From NCBI GenBank assembly GCA_051362555.1, contig CM120640.1, forward strand, positions 52,926,788 to 52,990,787: DNA of 64,000 nt, in the 5' to 3' direction. This document shows, one piece after another, positions 25,843-40,023 of this stretch. Origin of the DNA: Lingula anatina (lineage: Eukaryota > Animalia > Brachiopoda). The translations under genes and the position numbers were made by a program. Positions within the stretch are counted from its first letter, which is position 1. Every line of letters begins with the position of its first letter. Under the pieces are notes generated by a model. That model saw nothing but the letters and a program-made list of their open reading frames with translations, was not told the DNA's origin and did no database searches.

Positions 25843-28800
25843 ATCCTGTATGATGTTACACACACACACACATTTATATGTATAGTAAGTAAGCAGAGGA
25901 AGTATATATTCTATTTGAATGTAGCAAAAATGCCCTTTTAGCTTCTTTGCATTAATTTTTTTAAAACTAATATATATCTAAAATGAATTTGCACAATTGA
26001 CCAATGGATGTGAAAATGTTTTCTATTTAGCAATTTAATTATTATAACATTGCATGACAGTAGACATTATTCCCATATTAGCAATGAAGAAATTACATTG
26101 CTGACCTATCACTTGCCAAATACACATGTGAGTTTCTTTTATTTTTATTTTACAGGGCATTTGATCATATCTTTGAGACAATATCAGTGACAGATAATGT
26201 AAAATTCTTAGTCCATGCATCCTATTTAGAAATTTACAATGAAGAAATCAGAGATCTTCTCGGAAAAGATGTAAAATCCAAACTGGATTTACATGAGCAC
26301 CCAGAAAAAGGGGTGTATGTTTCAGGTAAGCCTGAGGAATGTAGATTCAAATGAGTGTTTCCCTATAGATGAGCTAAATTGTTCATGTCTCATGAACAAC
26401 TAAAAACAAAAAAGAGTTCATGTTTCCAACAAACAAGCAGGAGCGAATTGGCCAACTGTTAAAATTTACTTTTGTTTTATTTTATAGGAAAAGAAAACAT
26501 TAAAGAAATAATTTAATAAGTTCTTTCTCCTGTCATTATTTATGTCAGTTTTCATTTTAATAAATACTTTTGGGTTGATTTTAGAGTTAAAAGTTATCAT
26601 ACTTTCTTTAGGATTATCCCTTCATCCTGTGCATAATGTCAATGATTGTCAAACAGTGATGGAGAGAGGGTGGAAGAACCGCTCCACAGGGGCCACTCTC
26701 ATGAACGCTGACTCCTCGAGGAGTCACTCCATTTTTACCATCAATCTGGAGATGTGTGAGCCAGATGACAGTGGAGAAGAACATATCAGGGCTGGGAAGC
26801 TGAACCTTGTGGATTTGGCTGGTAGTGAAAGACAGGCAAAGACTGGTGAGTGGGATTTTATAGATTTTGAAATGATTTTGTAAGTGCATTTTCTCTTATT
26901 AAAGTGAACCATTTTACAAGTCAATGCCAATATATTAATTTTAGTGGTTGACAACCAAATCTTGCTTTTACTTTCAAGGTGCTACCGGTGATAGACTTAA
27001 AGAAGCAACCAAAATCAACTTATCCCTATCAGCCCTTGGGAATGTAATCTCTGCCCTTGTGGATGGAAAATCCAAGCACATTCCTTATCGTGATTCCAAA
27101 CTGACACGTCTACTGCAAGATTCTTTAGGTGGCAATACCAAAACCCTCATGGTGGCTTGCCTGTCTCCAGCAGACAATAATTATGATGAGACCCTCAGTA
27201 CTCTCAGGTATGCAAATAGAGCCAAGAACATCAAGAACAAGCCAAAGATCAATGAGGATCCCAAAGATGCCCTGCTGCGAGAGTATCAGGAAGAGATCAC
27301 AAGGTTAAAGGCTATGTTGGCTGGCCAGATGCCAATTCCTGATGGAGGCTTTCAAGGTAACAGTATTCGATTATTTGATTTAAATTTGTCTGTTTGCAGT
27401 ATAATTTTACCATTTATACTATTAAGTGTTATCTTTTATGAATATATCTAAAGAAAATAGACTTGCCACCCTCTTCATTTGTCATTCTTTTACAGTTGGG
27501 TAAAAAATGCACTGAATTTGATCACTGAATGTTCTAACATAATTTTAGCTGCGCCAGCTCAGCCTCAAGTGATAGAGAAAGTAGTGCACGTGGACCACAG
27601 CAAGGAAATTGAAGTAGAAAAACGCAGGTTACAAGAGGTAAATATTATTGCTTTTTAGGACCAATGCAGTCAATAATACTGTCGCACATAATTGGTAAAA
27701 TTGCAGATCTAGTTTGATCATCAGAAAATTTATTTATATACTATTTATCTGTTTTCTTTTTTGAAGCAATTAACATTGATTTGCATTTATTTGTTCCAAC
27801 AACTGCCAGATTTTACTTTGAATTTACATGGAGGTTTTGTTTGCTAGAAATACAAGTAAATTCAAAGTAAAATATAAGTATAAGAGACCATTCCCACAGA
27901 TATTTAGATCAATCTATCCCCCTGGGGAGTCTCACTAAATTGCTGTCAACTTGTCCGGCTTATCTGACACCTAGTAAAGCTGTTAGGGGGTAAATATATT
28001 TACCCTAGCTGATTTGGTAGGCGTGACAGACATTTAAGCCTCTTGAGCTGACAGCAATTTAGCATGAACCCACAGGGAGTTAGGTCTATCCAGATGGATT
28101 GATCTAAATCTGTGGGAATGCAGCCTGAGATTATCTTTCCAAACATATTTGGCATACATCCCTGGCATAGCTCCCCTTTCAGTTTTATTTTTGTCAATTT
28201 GAATACCCTTTACATCCTAATGGTCAGACTATGACATACCAGTACAAACTAGTGATTACATTTTCTTTTATTTGAATTTTTCCTTTCAGGAATTTGACCA
28301 AAAACTTCTTGCAATCAAAGCCAAATATGAAGCTGGTGCAGCTGCCCCAGAAACTCAAGTAATAGAGAAAGTTGTTTATGTCAATGGAGAGGAGAATTTG
28401 GAGAAAGAGAAAAGTAAACTTAAAGAGGTAAGAGATCTTGAGGTATTGAATACGGGAGAGGCTGTTAGACTAGATTATAAATATTAATGTAATGCTTTCA
28501 TATAAGCAGTGTCTGAGATACTTTTACTTCACAAGCCACTCGCCTGAATGTATTAAGATTTAAGGATTGGTAAATCTTTGATGTATACCTATTATGTACT
28601 TACAGTAATGAATATGATTGAAAAATAATTGTTAAAATCTTTACACCCTCTTCTACTCAAATCCTGATGCCATTTTTGCTGGCATGTTAAGGATATGTTA
28701 CAGTTTAAAAAATATGACATTTAAGCCTTTTGAACCATTAAAATGCTGATTTAACTGCCTGGGCTCATGTGATATCATCTGAATTACAGAATAAGTCAAA

Positions 28801-31800
28801 GTGAAGTAGGAATATGATTAATCTGATGTAAATATATTCACCATTTTCAGGAATATGAAAAACAAATGGAAGCAATGAAAGCAAAATATGATGAAATAGA
28901 TGAGCAAGGTAATTACCAAATTGTTTGATGTTGAACATTAATTTTATGCCTTTTTTAAACAGTTTTATTTCATCATAAATGAATAAAAAAAACCTACACA
29001 AAAGACACTTGCACATAGTTAAGTAGAAAAGGTAAAATAAATAGATTTGACAATTAACTGCATTGCATACAAATTATTTCTATGCTTTGCTTTGATCATC
29101 TGAGATGAAATTTAGTTTATTTGCCAATCTATGTCATAAAAAACAATACACAAATATATACAAAACATGAAGAGAAGTTTAGTGTGTTCTTTTATTGCAG
29201 ATGAAGGGAAGTCCCGACCTCAGCTGATGAGCATCACAAGTGTGGATAGAGCAGAGGTAAAAATTTGCAAAAGCCGCATGTGGGCACAGCCTGATATAAC
29301 TAAAATATTGAAAGTCTACTTTAGTAATTATGTATTTCAATAACAATGCAAAGTATACCGATAGTCACATTTAATTCAACTGACAGTAATTTTATATTTA
29401 AAAAAAAACCTGCAAATTAGGATGATATCCTCAAGTATGTTTTGTTATACTGTAGAGCCGTGAAGATAGAGATACATCTCAGACTGCCATCCACTTGGGG
29501 TCATCTCATTTTGAGGAAAGAGAGCAGCAAGAGGGTACCCCTGCCCCCCGGTCTTCACCCACTGGGGAACACCTGGGCATAGAACACCCTGTGATCCTCT
29601 CACAGACTGAGGCACTACGCAGGTAAGGGATTGGATTTAACACAGGAAGTTTAACGTACTAGTTTGTTGAATTGTTGCAACAAAGATGGAAAAATAGCTT
29701 AATAGATGTATGAAAAAGGCTAAGGATTTATTTAATTTTGGCAAATTATATGTGACCATTACTTTTGGTGCTTGAAAAACATTATGTCTGAACTTGAGGA
29801 AGGGGGGTAGGCATGAATTCTATTTTATATTCATATTAGACTGGGGCTTCAATTTATATTTGAGGAAAAAAAAACACAATTGAAGTTGTTTTTTATTCAG
29901 AAGAGTCTGTACAGGGGTTATAACATTCAACAGATATTGCTCGTGTGGAATTTTCATTTTGCATTATTGGTTCAATTGCATTATAAAAATGGAAACTGGC
30001 CTTCTCTTGCATCTTTATAAACAAATGGCAAATAGCAGTATTAGGGGATTTGGAGTTTTGCTAGTCTTAGCATTATTTCTACGTACAACTAACTATTTCA
30101 TTAATTCCCTGTGTGTTTGTAGAATTGGATATCATCCATTGATTAATGATATCCATAGCCATAGTAGACTGAAATGGTTTTTATACAGTGCTGTTGAATT
30201 TATTTGATGTACTGATTGCACCTCATTGCTTTTGTTTTTTACCATTTTGCCAAGATCACCAGCTAATGCTTTTGCAATTACATTTATATTGTTTTATTGC
30301 TACATATTTAACAAATTAATAGAATCCAGTATAAATATTAATTTTAATCTCACAAAAAGTGATATGGAGACACAATTTGGAGCATTAAAAAGGTATTGTA
30401 TGATCAGATTCACTCGTAAGTTGGCAAACATTTGGTGGATGGGTGTTTTTCATTTAGCACATCATTGACATCTTCTGATTTTAGGGTGTGTGGGTGTTTG
30501 CTGTGTATAAGGCACTTGCAGGTTATGGAATGAGTTTGTAGCTCTTTAATATACTTTAACACACCATGTTTATTTTGTATGCACTTTTCCCATAGAGCTC
30601 TTGTGTCATTTATCATACCAAATCCAATCAAATATTAACTGTCATACTGTCATCTCCATCGCCTTTTCTAATTCTACATAGATGTTGTGTACATTTTCTA
30701 TTGATTTATTCCATTGAACTACGGTTTTGCTTATGAATTCTAAGAAAAAAATGGATTTGGCTGGTGTGAGTTATGTATTTTATTACGCATGAAGTGACCA
30801 TAATGTGTGTAATGATATTTTGTTCAATTGATTTGACTTTTATAGTCATTAATTTAATAAGATAATTGATACAAAATGCAGCCTTTAAGTTTTACCTGAA
30901 AATACGGCAAATCAGATTGTATAACAAATGAACAATGTTTAATGAATGTACAGGGTTTAAGTTGTAATACCTGCACAATTTAGGGACTAAGAAAAATGTT
31001 TCACTTATTGATCTTTTTAGGCTTGAAGAGTTGCAAAAACAGATGGTTGGTGGTGAAAATGCAGACAATTCAGAAATTAGAGAGAGAAGGAAGAAGAGAA
31101 AGAGATATGCAGAAGAAAAGAAGAAAAGATTGGCAGGTATGTGACTGCGTAATAGTTATTATTTATTCTGTGAATTATATGAAATATTATTGATTTATTA
31201 AAGCATTCACAGGGGGAATATACCTAGAAATTGTTTTTATTTTTGCATAAATGTCCATAATTCAGAGATAAAAAGTGTTTATAGAAAGCATGGTGAAAAA
31301 TATAATTGGGTAACATCGATTTTATATGGAGATTATTGTTCATTTATTTCTATTTGAATTCTAGAGGCAAATAAAAACCTAGAGGATGATGGTATCATGC
31401 TCAACATATTCGATTCAATACAGGATGAACTTAAAGCAACCAAGAAACTTTTAGAGAAAGAAAAAGTTAAGGTAAGGTATTTGATGGAAAGATTATCTGC
31501 CATTGATATTAAAAAAAGAAAGTAGGGCGTTGTGATATTCGTACTTACATTTAGCTGGAAGTTTTAAAATGAAAATGTTTGAGTTGATTAAAAAATAGCA
31601 TTTCCAACATTTACAGGAAATATTTCCATGTGATTAGTTTCTTAATTAATTTCTTTTCCTTTTTTTATATAGTAAGTTTCTCTAGTTAATTAATTAATCT
31701 ATTAATTTTCAGAATGAGGAACTAAAGACAGAAATCTCGGATTTGCAATCAGAATTTGAATTTGACCGCATTGACTATTTGGACACCATCAGGTCTCAGG

Positions 31801-33217
31801 AAAGAGAAATGAAACTGCTGCAAGCAATGCTAGACAGGATGCAGCCCCTTATTAAGAGGGATTGTAACTATTTCAATCTGGACAAAGTAAGAGCTGAATG
31901 TCGATGGGATGCTGATAATCAAAGATGGATTACTCCTTCAGTTTCTATGGAAAGGTCCGGGCTGCCAAGCAGTGGTATGTAAATAGGATTTTAAGAATTC
32001 ATCATATATTATATACAGGGTGACAGTGTGGAAATGGTGCCTTGCTGTTCTGTTTGTACATGAAATTACCATTGCTGATTAATGCCTAGAAAAATAGTGG
32101 AATGGTACATACCTGGTGATATTTGACAGCTCTTGCATGCTGAGGATAAACTTTCCGTAAATTTTTTTTTTTTTTTTATCATTTGCAAATGCATGTTTTA
32201 CCTTTCATTTCCTTTTTCAGGAATGATGCCAGGGGGAAGAGCCCCAGATAGAAGATTTCAGAGAATGAATGGAAATAGTGGTCCTCCTTCTGATGACAGA
32301 TTTTATCAGGTACCTGTTCATATTGTATTAGTCAAATGCATGCAATTAATGATTATATTTTAAAAAGTGTTTCATTTGAAAAGAGAAATTCTGTCAGCAC
32401 TTGGTTCAAACTCTTTCTCTTTTCATTTAGATTGTCCCAAATCTGATCCATATCCATCTTTTGCCATAACCTCAGTATTTGTAATCACAATCAGATTTTT
32501 TTCTCTTTACAACTTAAACGTTTCTACAGTTAAGAACAACATACCTGGGGCATATGATTGTTATTAATAAAAAAAGCAAAAAACACTAATTTCATAAAAA
32601 ATACCCCAGGGTCTCTAAAGAATTTATATTTTTTTATTTTCTTGTTTTATGATATTATTGATATAAGGTTAAACAATAAGCATATTGGATTTTAGTATAT
32701 TATAGTAAACATTAAAAAAATTCTTATTTATTGATCATTTTTTTCCTCAGAAATTAAACAATCACAGCAATGAAGAATATGCCAGCAATTATTTTGCTCC
32801 TAAAAGAGCCTCACAGCTTCTTACACAGACTCAAGAGACGAAATCCCTCAGTGAGTATAGAAAAACTGGCACTTCCTTTTGAATCCAAATGTTGTGCATC
32901 CAGTTTAAATGAGATTTTAAGAAGGAAATTATGAATATATTTTGAAGAGCATTGTTAATTCAATATAATTTTTTTTCAAACTCTTAGGAAACAACTCTCC
33001 ACGCATGATGAATGGTGGGGCTCCATGGATCACAGAACAGCGGGGTCCAGATAGCCAAGAATCTGGTTCTGAAAATGATTTCCGTGCTGCTCAAGTTCAT
33101 CGACAGCTGGGACCAGACACCAGTATGGCTGCTCGTCCTATTCGACTTGAGGCATTGCGACAGCCATCAGCAAAGAAAAAGAAGAAAAAGAGTCCAAATA
33201 TGTTAGAACCATTATGA
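23050..33217 (+). CDS. KIF17: Kinesin-2 homodimeric motor KIF17 / OSM-3, 16 coding exons
   Basis: [17 protein letters not shown]-loop [10 protein letters not shown], switch motifs [11 protein letters not shown] and [30 protein letters not shown]; KIF17-type tail [46 protein letters not shown], basic cluster KKKKKK and terminal EPL. Confidence 0.95.
25796..25843. repeat. (TAAA)n microsatellite
   Basis: Directly visible. Confidence 0.95.
27884..28125. mobile_element. Palindromic PIF/Harbinger-like MITE
   Basis: Ends GAGACCATTCCCACAGATATTTAGATCAATC and GATTGATCTAAATCTGTGGGAATGCAGCC; flanks TAA/TGA; left half matches 55009-55156 in reverse orientation. Confidence 0.8.
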
Positions 33218-35582
33218 TAAATTCTTTTACAATTTTTTTCTTCTTAAATCTGCATGAAAATGTTGGGGTATTACAATGATCTCCATCATGCAAACAATTT
33301 GGCAATTCAAAATACTTCTGCACCAATAATTGTTTTTGATAGAACCCTGTCACACAAACTAGCTTTTGAACTTATTTAGTCAGAATTACATGTATTTAAA
33401 ATGTTTTGGTGATGTTTGTACAGTTCTGATTGAAATTTAACTGCCTCTCTGAAAAAAATCAAAGTTAATTAACTAGTCATAACTTGTCAAGTCATAACCA
33501 AGATTTCAAGTAAGCATGGGACCAATGTCACCATCCATTATTGCATTTATGAATTTATTTATTAGTTTGTTCATATTTGTTTTAAAAATCTTCTTCTATG
33601 TTGATAACGTCTGTCAATATATCTGTTGCAGAACTTTTGAAAAAAATTACATCAGAGCTCCTGCCATAGATGATCCGTCCGAACTTTGTTGAAAGAATAT
33701 GTATATTTAATTTTTTAAAGAACAGTATTAATATACATACATACATACATATATATATATTTAAGTGTGTGTTTGTGTGTGATACAAACATCTAAATATA
33801 AAAAAGTAATATATTTTCTTGCTCAGTTTTGCTTTTTATTATTAAATACAATGCAGCAAAGTTCTTTCTGAACTAAACCTTTCATTAGATCCTCATTGAA
33901 ATCATTCAGGCAATGTGTCTGTTGTATTCATTTCTACAAGCTCATTCAGATTTATTTTAAGATTATAGACCGATAGTGCCATTGTCTACTTATAAAAGTT
34001 AGTTACTAATGAATTTTGTGCCCAGCACAATATGCACCTACTCCCCCTTGTTAGACAAGGCAGGGTCTGGTTACAAGTCCGCAATTGGCACAGTTTGCTG
34101 TGATACCATATAAAACACATAATATTAGTGTGAAGTGCTCAATATCTTAAATTAACACAAGTCATTTCACAGTGAAAGTAGACAAGGTGAATGAGAATTG
34201 TGTAAATGTTCACCCCCACCCTCCCAAAAAAAAGTGTCACTCAAAAAGGTTGTGATCCAGTGTAAGCGGGGAAATGGGGTGATATCAATATTGAGGTACA
34301 TTCTGGAGCTTTCCTTATAAATTATTTTAAAAATTAAAAAGGTTGTGATTGTTTAGATATTTGAAATTGTTTTTTTTTTTCTTAATTAAGATAGCAAAAT
34401 TGATCTTTCTATGTTTAACCAGAGAGTGTGTGGAAATTGGTGTATGTTACAATTTCCTTGTTGAATAGAACAAAATAAAAATACTGAATTTAAGAATACT
34501 TTGCATTTTTACAGTTTATGTACAAGTAATGTCTACTGTGGTCTTCCTGTGATAATTCATGCAAGGCTCATTATGCTGAACAAATTTTGAATTCTTAAAA
34601 GTTTACAACAAAAGCATGAAATATTCTTGGTTATACTTTAATTACACAAGTTTATCTAATATAAGTCAAATTTTAATATTAAAATATCCACTGGAGTAGG
34701 AAATGTTGAAACTTTACAAAATGAATACTGTTTGTGAAAATCCTTTGTGACTTTTGATCCTGTGATAACAAATGTTTGGTTCAGAGCTTTAAACAGAAAT
34801 GATATCATGAAAAGTGCCTGGCACTAAAGACTTTATTTTTTATTTTTGTAAACGTCATATAGCACAGGTAATTTAACACTTCTTCCTCACAATTTTCCAA
34901 AAATGTATTTATAATAACTATCCATTTCATTTTGGTTTCCTCCACTGATACAGAGAAAATGTTCCATTAAATGGTAAAATATTCAACAATGACTATGCTA
35001 ACAGTGCAATATCACATCAAAAAAAAAAAAAAAAAAAAAAAAAATTCCATACAACAAAACCCACTTCATCAGTTAACTATTTGGTTGCCATAATTTTTAT
35101 TCAAGGTGCATTTTTCTGTCTCTTCCATTTTTAAGTTAGTGTGCTTAGTGATCTTACTGTGCTTGTTTATCATTAAAGTCAAATTCAGTAAGAACTTAAC
35201 ATATGTTAACTAGACATCAAAGAACATTCTACTTACTGTGTACAATTCTTACAACAATAATTTACACCATGTATTTACAGTAAACAAATATACTACATTG
35301 CAAATAGAAATGTAGGTCTGCACAATTCCCAGGATGTAGGAAGGTTTGCTACAGACATTGTTCTTGATAATTCCTGACCATAATGAGTGTGTGTGCAAGT
35401 TACAATTCCCATTTAAAACAGTCTTGCATCTACTTGACACTGCCATATCACATTCCTGGGAGTTAACTGTACAAAGTTATTGATAATGACCTATGGTCAC
35501 ACACAGGCCAAATGTGTCCAGTTTCACCAAATTTGATTTAAAGCGTCTTTCAGCAATCCAATTTTGAGTCTGTTACAAAGTT

Positions 35583-36419
35583 CTATGACATCACATAGCT
35601 GGCCCTCATGTTCCACTTGAATTGAACAACAGAGAAGATCAAAATGACAACATATATACCACCAGCAATGAAACAGTTGTAAGCACTAGTTTGGTAGGCT
35701 TCTTCAATCAGGTTGTTTGCTGCCTCAACTGTACCTGCTTTATGGACTTTATCATGGTCAAAGTTTACATCCTCAATAAAGGCAGGGCTTTTGATTATGA
35801 AAAACACTCCCATCAGAATCTGAAAAAGGGAATATATATGTATATATATATATCAAATTAAGCTCTTTGCTGACTTAATATTTCCTACATGTGGATAAGT
35901 AATATGAACTTAGTTTTCTTTTTCAGAATTTGCTTTTTTTTTACCTAAATTAGCTATTGCCACTACATTGAAAGCATCAGATTTTATGAAACTCTGTCAT
36001 TTTGTGATACAGGCCCTTGGTAGTTGTGTATTTCTGTTGATGGCTCAATGTCACATGACTCCCAATGTATTGAATAATTCTGCAATTTTTCTCATACCAC
36101 GAATGATTATCAGGTATTTTGCAAATGAAAACAGGAGATACTCTCTGCATAACCATTTCCAGTTTCCTGAATTCAAATGCAAAAATGGGTTACTGTGAAG
36201 AATTTTTATTTCATTTCCTGACCCTAGAAAATACAGTATCACAACGAATCAATCAGTGTATGTAGTAGTATTCCCGCGACTCCTACCACGCGTTGCAAAT
36301 AGTGTGGTTCAACACCCAGTGACCTTTCATCAAAATTAACTTACCAGCATAACAATTCCCCACGCACTAGTAATTATTCCACATAATGATAACTTCGGTC
36401 CACAAACCGGACAGCCCAT
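35583..36419 (-). CDS. RNASEK: Ribonuclease kappa / V-ATPase Vo subunit f, 2 exons, 103 aa
   Basis: Exons 36345-36419 and 35583-35819 give MGCPVCGPKLSLCGIITSAWGIVML-ILMGVFFIIKSPAFIEDV...YQTSAYNCFIAGGIY...ASYVMS, matching the RNASEK motifs CGPKL, SAWGxxML and YNCFIA. Confidence 0.95.
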
Positions 36420-36704
36420 TTTGATAATATTTTCTTCACCGAATGTGTACTTTTGCCGACCGAGTCGATAGTCACTTGACTAGGAAGTGACGCAGAGGAA
36501 GTTGATTTCACTTATCCAGCACTAAAAGATATTAGGATTGGGCCGTTTTATATTTGGTACTGGTGAATAGCTGTTTTTAGCCAAAAAAGCATCTATTCTG
36601 TCTGCTTTTACCCACAATTTTGATGATAAACGTTGAAGGATTTGAAGCGAGTGTCAATGTTTTGTAGGAGTGATTTTGTCACGTGATCACTCAGACAGGC
36701 CAAG
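36420..36704. promoter_or_regulatory. Bidirectional promoter RNASEK/PLEKHF2
   Basis: Divergent start codons separated by only 285 bp; GTCACTTGAC (36471-36480), GGAAGTGACG (36483-36492), GTCACGTGAT (36678-36687). Confidence 0.75.
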
Positions 36705-37239
36705 ATGGTGGACCGACTAGGTAGGTGTTACTGTATAAAAATTAGTCATATCACTTTTTCAGTTTTCATTATAGTATTTTACCATATATTTTAAGTATAC
36801 AGTTTGCTCTTTGCACTGGTGTTCATGTTAAATGAGGGTCATAAAATGTATTTATTCTCACCAAAATATCGTTTCTGGTGTCACATTTCTGACAGTTTTG
36901 CCCGTTTCACTAAATTATGGTAAATATTGAATGTGTAGATTAACGTTATGGTATTACAGTTAATGGTATTAGTATTAAAGAATCAGTAGTAGACAGCGAG
37001 ATTTGTTGTTTTATGGAATCCCAAATGTTACGTGATATATCTGTCAACTTTTGTCACATGTTAGATCTATAAGAAACTAGTGGAGACACCATTTTTACAC
37101 ATGCACACTTTGCTACAATTTTATGTTGGAAAAATAAGAGGTAATGAAAAATGCTTTATGGTCAACATGTACCAGTAATGAGACTGGGTTGTATGGAATG
37201 CCGTTTGTACAAGAAAGATGAAAGAATCATTTTGACCAG

Positions 37240-37285
<46 letters not shown>

Positions 37286-37987
37286 GAGGTGCTAGACTTG
37301 CCCTTCAAGAAATCGACGGAAAATAGCTCTTTTTCAATTTTGAATGGGCACTGTAGAAAACATATAACAGCTAAAGCTCTCAAATTAAGCACATATGTGT
37401 GATATCATGTGAAAAATAAGTTCTGTAAATTTCAATCCAAGCAGTTGAGTACATTTTGAGACAGAACGCTTTAAATGTGCAGCAAACCATAACGCTAATC
37501 CCTTCAAGATCTCGACGAAAACCGGAAGTGCGTCATGACGTCACTCGTCTAAGTTCATAGACTCGCCCTTCAAGAAATCGACGCCTTCAAGAAATCGACG
37601 AAAACCGGAAGTGCGTGTTTTTTTGCACTGTTTTTCCTGTTATGCCCATCGTAAACACTGTGTTGTCAAGTAAAACGAAGCGTCTGATACAAAGTATCAA
37701 ACGCGGCATTCACGTGCTTGCTTGCGCTGCGTTCAGTACACTTTGTTTACACTGACAAGTCTAGTTCAGAAATGCACAATGTTTTTCTATATAAATACGC
37801 AGTTTCAATTTTGATTAGTGAATATTCTTTTATCTGCATGGTCATTTTCCGAACATTTGTATAAGCGACGAAATATTTCTCATCGGAAAATCACCCAGCA
37901 GCTCTCCAAGTACAAGCGAGTGACGTCATGACGCACTTCCGGTTTTCGTCGAGATCTTGAAGGGGTTACGGTTTGCTGCACATTTAA

Positions 37988-38019
<32 letters not shown>

Positions 38020-39979
38020 GATAATTAGTAACAGAATTTCTGTAAAAAAAAGCAATCAGATGATACACTATTGAGAACCATTTTATATACTAGTATGCTA
38101 GGTTTGTAGATTATGAGAATTAAAGTGCAGCTATACTTGTTCTACTGTGAAACTTATCACTTGGGCTGTCCTGGAAAGAGAGGGGCAGGGAGGGTTCAGA
38201 AGTGTTTTCTCTGTACTTTAAAAGTTGACCAGTACATGTAGAATAGACATAAGAAGAGACACAGTAATCTCATACTGTAAGGTTCAAGCTGTTCAGTGGA
38301 TAGGGTTCTGCAATAATTATCATATTGTACTATTAACTTTAGCAGTATCACAGGAAAAAATTGTCATCCTATACCACATGTAGTCAATTGCCAATGTATT
38401 CCATGCACAGATATATTCAATGAAAACGTATAATTATAATATTTTTTTTAGTTAATTTTTTATTATATTTTTTCAGTGAACAGCGATGCAAATAACAAGC
38501 GTATTGCATTTGTGGAACAATGCTTTGGGTCTTCAGGACAGGTGGGAAGTATTTTTCATGATGATTGAATGAAAACTACCTCTCATAAAATCAACAGTTA
38601 ATAGAATTACTAAATTTATTAACTGTGTAACCATTAAAAACTAGAGTATGTGGTCAGTTTTTATATTTTTATGGAATCAGCAGATTTTGCGTAAAGCTTT
38701 CACCGTGCTTATCTTTGATATATTTTCTCAAAATCTCTTAACGCCACAATACACCAGTATCAATAATTTTCTTTTTGAAAAAAAAATACCCTCTGTCACA
38801 CCATTTTTCAGTGCTTAAACACTACTGCTTTTGTCTTCAGCTATGTTGGCTTAATCCATTATGCTTGTAATATTATTGCCTTATTGATAATATAATGGTT
38901 TCCTTATTTTATAGCCTTTGACTGTCCCAGGACGGGTTCTGGTAGGAGAAGGGGTGTTGACTAAGATGTGCAGGAAGAGGCCAAAGCCAAGGCAGTTCTT
39001 TCTCTTTAATGATATATTGGTGTATGGAAATATTGTTATAAATAAGAAAAAGGTGGGCACACAACTGCAGTTTTAGACAAAGTCTTAAAGTATATTGAAT
39101 TTGCTCAGAAATTTTCCATGTCTGAGAAGATAATCGATTTAGTTACTTACACTGTTTTCTCTGGCTTTTTTTTTATTTTATATTTTTATAATGAAGACGT
39201 TTTTTTATTTTATTTTATATTTTGTATAATGAAGACTTTACCTGGTAATGACCAAAATATCATAACCAGGCAAAGTGAAATATAATGTTTTGGACTGGAA
39301 CACTTAAGATTTAGTTTGCAAATTACTCAGTATTTATTTACGTATTTATTAAAACTTGTATTTTCAGTACAATAAACAACATATTCTACCACTAGAAGAT
39401 GTCAAATTGCAGTCAGTTGAAGATGAGGGAAGTGAGTAAGCTTTTACAGATTGGTTTTAAGCAAGATAACGTGTATTTTTGATATTTTCACATGTTCATC
39501 TTTCTCTCAGATATGAACTAAAATTGGATTACACAAAGATCATAAAAGATCTCTATGATGTTGATACCCAACTTCCATGAATTTGATCTTTGGTTTGTTC
39601 TATTGCAGGCCTCTAATGTCTTCAAATATACATTTAAACACTTGATTTAGATGTGTAGTCACTTCAGTATCATAGTTAATATAGGGTGGATGATTCTAAT
39701 TGGGTCAAGTTCATATCAGCTGCTGACGTACATGTTGTTTGTAGTAATTATTCATCAGATTTGAATAAAACAGTATTTTATAATTCCCAGAACTATGTCC
39801 TAATACCTGAAAATGCATTCTGAAGTGTGTGTTTGATTTGTATCAGAAAGCATGGTTTTGTAAGGAACAAAAACAAAATAATACAATTTTATACTATATG
39901 GAATAATTTTGGAATGAGTGACTTGTTTAAAATGTATGGATAAATTCTTTAAAAGTTTATGCTCACCTCTCTCTCTCTC

Positions 39980-40023
<44 letters not shown>

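Noticed and set aside
37302-37613. Recurring 17-bp CCTTCAAGAAATCGACG units suggestive of a CRISPR-like array
   Set aside because: Irregular spacing, an inverted copy, eukaryotic context and no cas genes; explained by a rearranged MITE.
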